DNA of 64,000 nt from Flectonema sp. DT1601 (Eukaryota): the NCBI GenBank assembly GCA_964019425.1, contig OZ025796.1, forward strand, positions 124,001 through 188,000, in the 5' to 3' direction. The notes beneath the pieces were generated by a model. The model ran no database searches, was not told the origin of the DNA, and saw only the letters and a list, made by a program, of their open reading frames with translations. This document shows, piece by piece, positions 58,713-64,000 of this stretch. Positions within the stretch are counted from its first letter, which is position 1, and every line of letters starts with the position of its first letter. Made by a program: the position numbers and the translations under genes.

Positions 58713-61675
58713 CTAGAACTGTTGCTGAGGGAATGAGTAGCAACTGCTGCCTGGTGGTGGGTATGGTGGTGCTCCCTGTAGTGATGTTATATAAAACGAT
58801 CGAATCAATCACACAAGTAAACAACAACAACCAAATAATAATAATAATAATAACACATACGGGAGGAACAGCTACCATCGTCACTCCTGGCGGGGTGTTA
58901 AAAACCTGTTGAAATGGCTGCATCCCTGGTGCGAATTGTAAACCCTGTTTTATGTTAAAATGTGAAGAGATTCATAAACAACTCTTACAACCATTCTCAA
59001 CGACAGTAATCTGTGAAGAGTTACATCGCTGATGAAGTGATACTGAATTGAACCAACCCAGCTGTAGGTCTATTCACAACACATCTATTTAATTAAAACT
59101 AATCTACATACCTGCATAGGTGGAGTCAGAGACAAGTGCGGAGGTGTTGCCTTTGATTCCACGTCCTGCCCGATTCCCTGTAGCTGTGGCTGCGTTGATG
59201 CTCCAATTGGAAGAACACTAACCAAATGAGGCACCGCACTCGACTGAATAAAACCAGCATGGCCAGTCTTACTGATGTAAGGAACTCCTGTTTTAATTAT
59301 TTTCTATTTAAGTTTTTGTATATGAATATGAAAAAGGAAAACAAACACAAACCATTCAGCAGTGCTGGTGGTTCCATACTAGCAGTAGGTGGTGTATCCT
59401 TCGGGAAGAAAGCAGCAGCCTCGGGATTGAGATGCGGCTTGTCTTGATACTGAAGGTGAGAGAGTTGAGAAATTGGAGGTCCCAATGCAGGTGGTGACGG
59501 TAGGTCAGACTGGTATGAAGCCTGTGAGAGGGAAGGGCTGGTTGATCGGACGTGAGCAACATCAACACGGGGGTGAGGCGGAGGGGATTTTTGCTGCGGA
59601 GGACGAATATTTTGATCAGCGATAGGAATGCAAGACTCAGTAGCCATGGCTATAAGATCATCATCAGCTGACTGACTTTGTTTAACATCATAACCAACAC
59701 CTGGTTGTCCTTCACCAGTTCCCCAACTATTCATTGCCTGGGGTTGTACTTTAGAAGGATGTAGTTTACCATTTCTTAACAAAGTATATTCATTCTCACT
59801 AACTGACCCATCAGGTATGTCTTCACCAAGCCAGAATCCCTCAACTACTCCAACCTCACCTTTCCTTTGTTCATTACTGAATATAATTGTTCTTCGTTGC
59901 TTTCTGTTAAGTCCTGGAGGATATAAATAACCTTCGTGAATAAATGCACTGCTGCTGGATTTTCCTTGACCGTATCCTTTGCCTCTGCGTTCTGGAGGTG
60001 GGGAACGTCCATCTCTTGTAGTATTGTAGTAGTGAGCTTCAGCAGCGCCATTACCGCGGCGGCCTTCGTAAGAATAGTCTGAGCGACCTCCCTTGAAATC
60101 ACGATATCCCTTTCCTGTTCCTTTCTTTCCTCCAAAACGAGATCTATCACTCCACTCATCGTAGCTGTAATTATTATTAACAGGATTGTCCTGTTTCATA
60201 ATTGAGGTTACAGTATCCTTCTTAGCCCACATACTAGTTCCTGTTGTTCCAGAAGACATTTGAGTTACTTGAGCTGGTGCTGGTTTCCCTCTGCTACCGG
60301 AACTAGCATTAGCATTCCATGCAGGGGAGTCAGGGTTAAATGGTGAATCCGCCCAGCACTTTATTGGACTTGGACCTGCAGGAGGTACAAGTACTGACGG
60401 ATCTTTAGGTGATGTCTGTCCTCTACTACTACAAGGTGTACTCTTTTCAGATCCAACTGGTGTGAATACGGCAAACGATGACTTAGCAGTTGTCGTTTGA
60501 GGAACGAATCTCCTTGCAGAAAGAATAGGAATACAAGGGATGCAAAGAGTGCTTTGATTTCCTGAACGTGATCGACGACCAACTGTTGCACTGCGAGACT
60601 CGTGTCTTCCACGAGCTGGGGTGGGAGTAGCCTCGATTTTCGATTCAACAAGTTCTGGGTTAAGACATTTAATACCAGCCCTCTTAGCTTTAGCATTACT
60701 AGCGACTATCGGTGCCGGAGACACGACTTGTTCTTCAGTAGGTGCAGGCAACACTTGACGAAGTGATGTTTGATAACCTCCTGCAATAGGCGTCATGACT
60801 CCAAGTGTTCTCGTCGACATTATTCCAAAATAATTACTCACGTCAGCCTCGCCCAACAAGTCCTGTGACGTTAATGGCGGCGGGGCAGAATGAGGTCTTC
60901 TCCTGTCTATTAAGACACTGTAATCCAAACTGTCTCTAACAGGAGAATGCTCAACAACAGTACTCGTCAGGTTCTTTTTAATCTTGTTGTGGGGTTTGAA
61001 TAACAGCTGAACTCCTCCTAATTTCTTTTTTAACTGAAAACTCATCATATCTTCTAAGGCTTTGTCACGTGATCCCAGCCATATTTGTAGGGTGCATGAT
61101 GAGCCTTTGTTGCATATACCAACTCCATTTATTAGATCGGAACCTTCAAACTGACCAGCAACAACTGCGAGGGTGACATCCATCCAGAGATTTGCGGTGT
61201 TCATTTCGTCTGAAATTAATGCTGTGAAGTGACCTCCAACTTTGTTTGGTTCATCTTCCCATCTTGGTCTAATTTTATTTTTAAATAAGTAGTGCGATGT
61301 TCCCTTTTCTTTAGGGAGTCCTAATGCTTCAAACCAATCCCAATATGATCTAATTTGATTAAATGAACCCAAATCCTTTAATTCCTGGTGTTCAGATCCG
61401 GGCCATGTTGTAATCCAGAAGGACCAAACCTTATCTAAGAATTCCGATGACCCCCATACTTTTGATGTTGGTGTTCTGGTGCTTACAGCCGGAGTGATAT
61501 CCAACGTTGCTAGCAGTCTTTCTTCAAGCATTCTAGGCGATAGTGGTCTCACGACATCTAACGATCTTGCTTTAGTTGCTGTTGTTGGAGCACTTTGAGG
61601 TATTTGTGAATACAATCCTTCTTCAACATCAGCAAAGCAATATCTTCCCTTATCATATCCAGGTGTTTGAGACAT
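58713..61675 (-). CDS. eIF4E-domain protein with very long low-complexity C-terminal extension, 4 exons (61675-59353, 59287-59112, 58944-58861, 58775-58713)
   Basis: WSFW, LGSFNQIRSYW, LFKNKIRPRWED..NKVGG, LWMDVTLAVVAGQF, INGV and LQIW. Three GT..CAG introns restore a continuous Pro/Gln-rich frame to TAG at 58715-58713. Confidence 0.85.
58958..59080 (-). ncRNA. Candidate intronic AGA-box or H/ACA snoRNA
   Basis: Inside the 167-nt intron 58945-59111. A hairpin with GTGAA/TTCAC lower and GCTG/CAGC upper stems is followed directly by AGATTA (fits the ANANNA H box and the AGA box), then a weak second hairpin and ACA-TTT. Confidence 0.4.
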
Positions 61676-62673
61676 TACTATTGTCTTTTTTGTTTTTTTT
61701 CTCGATGTTTATAAATGAAGTTTTCGAATTTACCGATGAAAGAAAATCCCGTTTGCTTTTATATTTTTTTTTTTTTTTTTTCTTTGGTTTGTTGTAGTTT
61801 TTTTTTTTTTTTTTTTTTTTTGCTGCTTATATTTGTATTCCCGTGGAAAAATAAATCCTCAGTTCATAGTTACTATTTTAATGTGTGGGTTTTAGTGGGT
61901 AACTTTTTCCCCTGTTTATGAAAAATATGAAATTAGTTAGAATTAGTTTATGAGATAAAAAAGAAAAATCATCATTATGATGTTCCATAAAAAAACACAC
62001 TTGGACGTGAAATTCGTAATAATTTCAGCAGAACTAATCTTTTCAAAAAAAGATTTTTTTTTTTTTTTTTTTTTTTTTTGATAAAAATCGAGTTTATCAA
62101 TGCTGGTGGTTAGTATTACAAACAAATAATGGTTGGCTTTGGTATTTATTTTGTATCCCATTTAACATAGTTCCCCTATATCAATGAACACGCGTTACCA
62201 ACTAATGAGTGTTACTTAGTTACATTGATGGGGGTGAAACTTTGCCAAGGTGAAAACATAGATATTAAAAACAAGATTAATATCAAAAGTACATGACTGA
62301 AAAGAAATATTTGTAGTTGTTAATCAAAGAAAAGGTACGTTTAGAACATAAAAAAGGGAACATCTTTTGTCTTATTGACCAGAAGACGTTGTCCAATCTG
62401 ATGTTGATGAGAGGAATAATGAAGGTTTCCACTCATAAAAACAGATTTATCGATTTCGGTTAGCTAGTTGGTATTAATAGTTGTCAGTCAATCAAAAAAA
62501 AAAGAAAATCAAATGCAAAAATTCGTAGGACATCAAACAAAATGGTTGGTTTCTTAGGGTAGACATTGGTTAGTTAGTATCATTAATTTTAGAACAGAAA
62601 AGTGAGAATAAAAAAAGTAGAGATCAATAAAAGAAAAGTATTCATTTCTGCAGTTTCCTAACATCAAAGGGTA

Positions 62674-62760
62674 ATAGAATATGTAGTTTCAGGCCTTAAT
62701 CTTATACTACTTGTCCCTTTTTAGGCCTTCATCAGTAAGTTCTAAGGGACTTCATTCTAT
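62674..62760 (-). ncRNA. Hammerhead-like ribozyme with non-cyclically permuted strands
   Basis: CUGAUGA (62735-62729), GAAA (62690-62687) and a GUA cleavage triplet (62707-62705). Stem I CUUA/UAAG, stem II AGGCCU/AGGCCU, stem III ACUAC/GUAGU, plus extra helices GUCCCUU/AAGGGAC and AUAGAAU/AUUCUAU. Confidence 0.72.
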
Positions 62761-62839
62761 GTTGAAGTTGCTATCGTTCAAAGATAAAAATCCATCGGAG
62801 CTCGCCAGGATAGGGCTAGCAATGTTTATTTGCTTTTGC

Positions 62840-64000
62840 TCAATTTGAATTTTTGACGTCTGATCGTTTCACTATTACAGTCGAGTTAATGGATGAGTCG
62901 TCATCCAATTTGCGTTTTACTTTATCTTCGCATATCATCAAAGGTCCTATATTCGCTGGTGTCATCGTAACATCCATATCAGTCTGAGCTTTTATTGGTA
63001 TCATATGGAAACTATACTCTGTAGTTCGGTACATCTTGTCAAAATGATCGAAAGGGAGTCTTAAATCTTTTGTGCCTTTAAGAATGTCTCGGATGATCAT
63101 GGACTCAAATGAGACTAGCGCAACAATAAAGTGAGTCATCCTTGTTTTCGCTTTATGTAGAATAAGTGCTGCGGCTGCTTCAGGATAATCGAAATCTGCT
63201 GGGTTAACGAAGTACTCGATTCTTCTGTTGAATTTAGTCATGCAAGCCATGTTAAGTACTTGTAGCGAGAACCAACCATCTGGTGATGGTTTATGCTCTG
63301 AGTTGTTCGGTTCTACTTTAAGAGATTCTTCATAAAATCGCTGTTGGTAGTTTTGCAGAAAACTGAAGTTAATTCTATCGATATATAAATGATCTGCAAT
63401 GAAGTTGAGCGCTGCCCATCCGCATTCTCCACCGAGAAGACCTTCTCCTGATGTTTGATGTAGGGATGGTGGAAATCGTTTATCCAAGGAATGGCTTGTA
63501 GAGCCTGTGTGGTTAATTGTATCCTTTTCGATGCTTAATGGGACTTTGTGACTAAACTTCTCAAAAGTAAGGTTGATACGACGCATTGCAGCTGCTGTAT
63601 TACCATCATCAATGTGAGAGCTAATGAAGCGGAGGCATGCTGCTCTGATATTGTCAGATTTATAGCCCCGGTTGAGTAATCTATAAGTTACCGCTTCAAG
63701 TTCCTGTAAAAAGTCTGCCTGGTTGTTGCAGATTTTTAGAGCTCGTAAGATCATGGTGGTAAAGATACCTGAACCCATTGACTCTTGAGCTGCGGAATGC
63801 TGATGAGTAAACCTTGTTGGCGTAATATGCCAACCCCTGGCTTTGTCATTAACACTTAAACGAATCCATCGTTTATTTGTGTTAGTGATCTCTATTCGGA
63901 TACGAATTCCTATATAAGAGACATCATCAATATTATTCGAAGTATCAGTGTAATCCATTGAGTACAGACTTGCTGGTGGAGGGTCACAACTCCAGGTGAG
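62840..64000 (-). CDS. C-terminal part of PLE reverse transcriptase fused to a Josephin-like protease domain (5'-partial)
   Basis: The frame is open to the window edge (LTWSCDPPPASLYS-MDY...). VSYIGIRI..LSVNDK..RFTHQHS..GIFTTMILRALKICN..F..E....LLNRGY matches PLE RT motif 7 and thumb. It is followed by ECGWAALN, DGWFSLQVLNMA, THFIV, IIRDIL and EYSFHMI, which parallel the Josephin domain. Confidence 0.85.
   Translation of the reverse strand, partial: LTWSCDPPPASLYSMDYTDTSNNIDDVSYIGIRIRIEITNTNKRWIRLSVNDKARGWHITPTRFTHQHSAAQESMGSGIFTTMILRALKICNNQADFLQELEAVTYRLLNRGYKSDNIRAACLRFISSHIDDGNTAAAMRRINLTFEKFSHKVPLSIEKDTINHTGSTSHSLDKRFPPSLHQTSGEGLLGGECGWAALNFIADHLYIDRINFSFLQNYQQRFYEESLKVEPNNSEHKPSPDGWFSLQVLNMACMTKFNRRIEYFVNPADFDYPEAAAALILHKAKTRMTHFIVALVSFESMIIRDILKGTKDLRLPFDHFDKMYRTTEYSFHMIPIKAQTDMDVTMTPANIGPLMICEDKVKRKLDDDSSINSTVIVKRSDVKNSN

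Larger units (their letters stand above)
62567..64000 (-). mobile_element. 3' part of a Penelope-like retroelement (Naiad/Chlamys-type RT), continuing beyond the window
   Basis: RT thumb motifs, a 3' UTR hammerhead-like ribozyme, a 3' terminus in CTAA-like units and a TSD-flanked truncated copy at 24.8 kb. Confidence 0.85.

Noticed and set aside
950..61921. Plus-strand ORFs overlapping the called genes
   Set aside because: Antisense shadows of well-supported minus-strand coding regions.
62554..62559. TTAGGG next to the PLE 3' end as telomere targeting
   Set aside because: A single hexamer at an interstitial location is expected by chance.
62674..62760. Conventional type III hammerhead using GUC at 62750-62748, or type I using sequence after GAAAC
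   Set aside because: Type III leaves CCUUAGAACUUA, which cannot form stem I, and its stem III has an A-A mismatch. Type I has no correctly placed paired NUH. The A-C-B reading pairs all three stems perfectly.

Overview
This is AT-rich, homopolymer-rich eukaryotic nuclear DNA, most likely from a diplonemid or related euglenozoan. That assignment is an inference from the co-oriented genes, degenerate receptor-cyclase families and a euglenozoan-type SSU rRNA fragment. All 20 recognisable host genes lie on the minus strand: NFS1, two SPFH paralogs, a cyclase-like protein, a calmodulin-like protein, a sulfotransferase, a CCAR1/DBC1-like protein, RPA3, a 3.4-kaa surface protein, TTL, WDR26/GID7, VDAC, kinases, MAP65, an eIF4E-domain protein and a few hypotheticals. 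I reconstructed 13 cis-introns by restoring reading frames; they have GT[A/T/G]TG donors and A/C-rich, not pyrimidine-rich, acceptor tracts. The main discovery is at the right end: the 3' part of a Naiad/Chlamys-type Penelope-like retroelement. Its reverse-transcriptase thumb is fused to a Josephin-like cysteine protease. Its 3' UTR holds a complete set of hammerhead core nucleotides and all three stems, but with the strands in a non-cyclic (A-C-B) order plus two extra helices. A 5'-truncated copy of this 3' end, with a 12-bp target-site duplication, sits at 24.8 kb. Other non-coding signals are a ~950-nt highly structured RNA inside a CCAR1-like intron, a candidate AGA/H-ACA snoRNA in an eIF4E intron, a two-copy pseudoknotted dispersed repeat and a stray 18S rRNA fragment. 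All calls were made by eye; no searches or folding programs were run.
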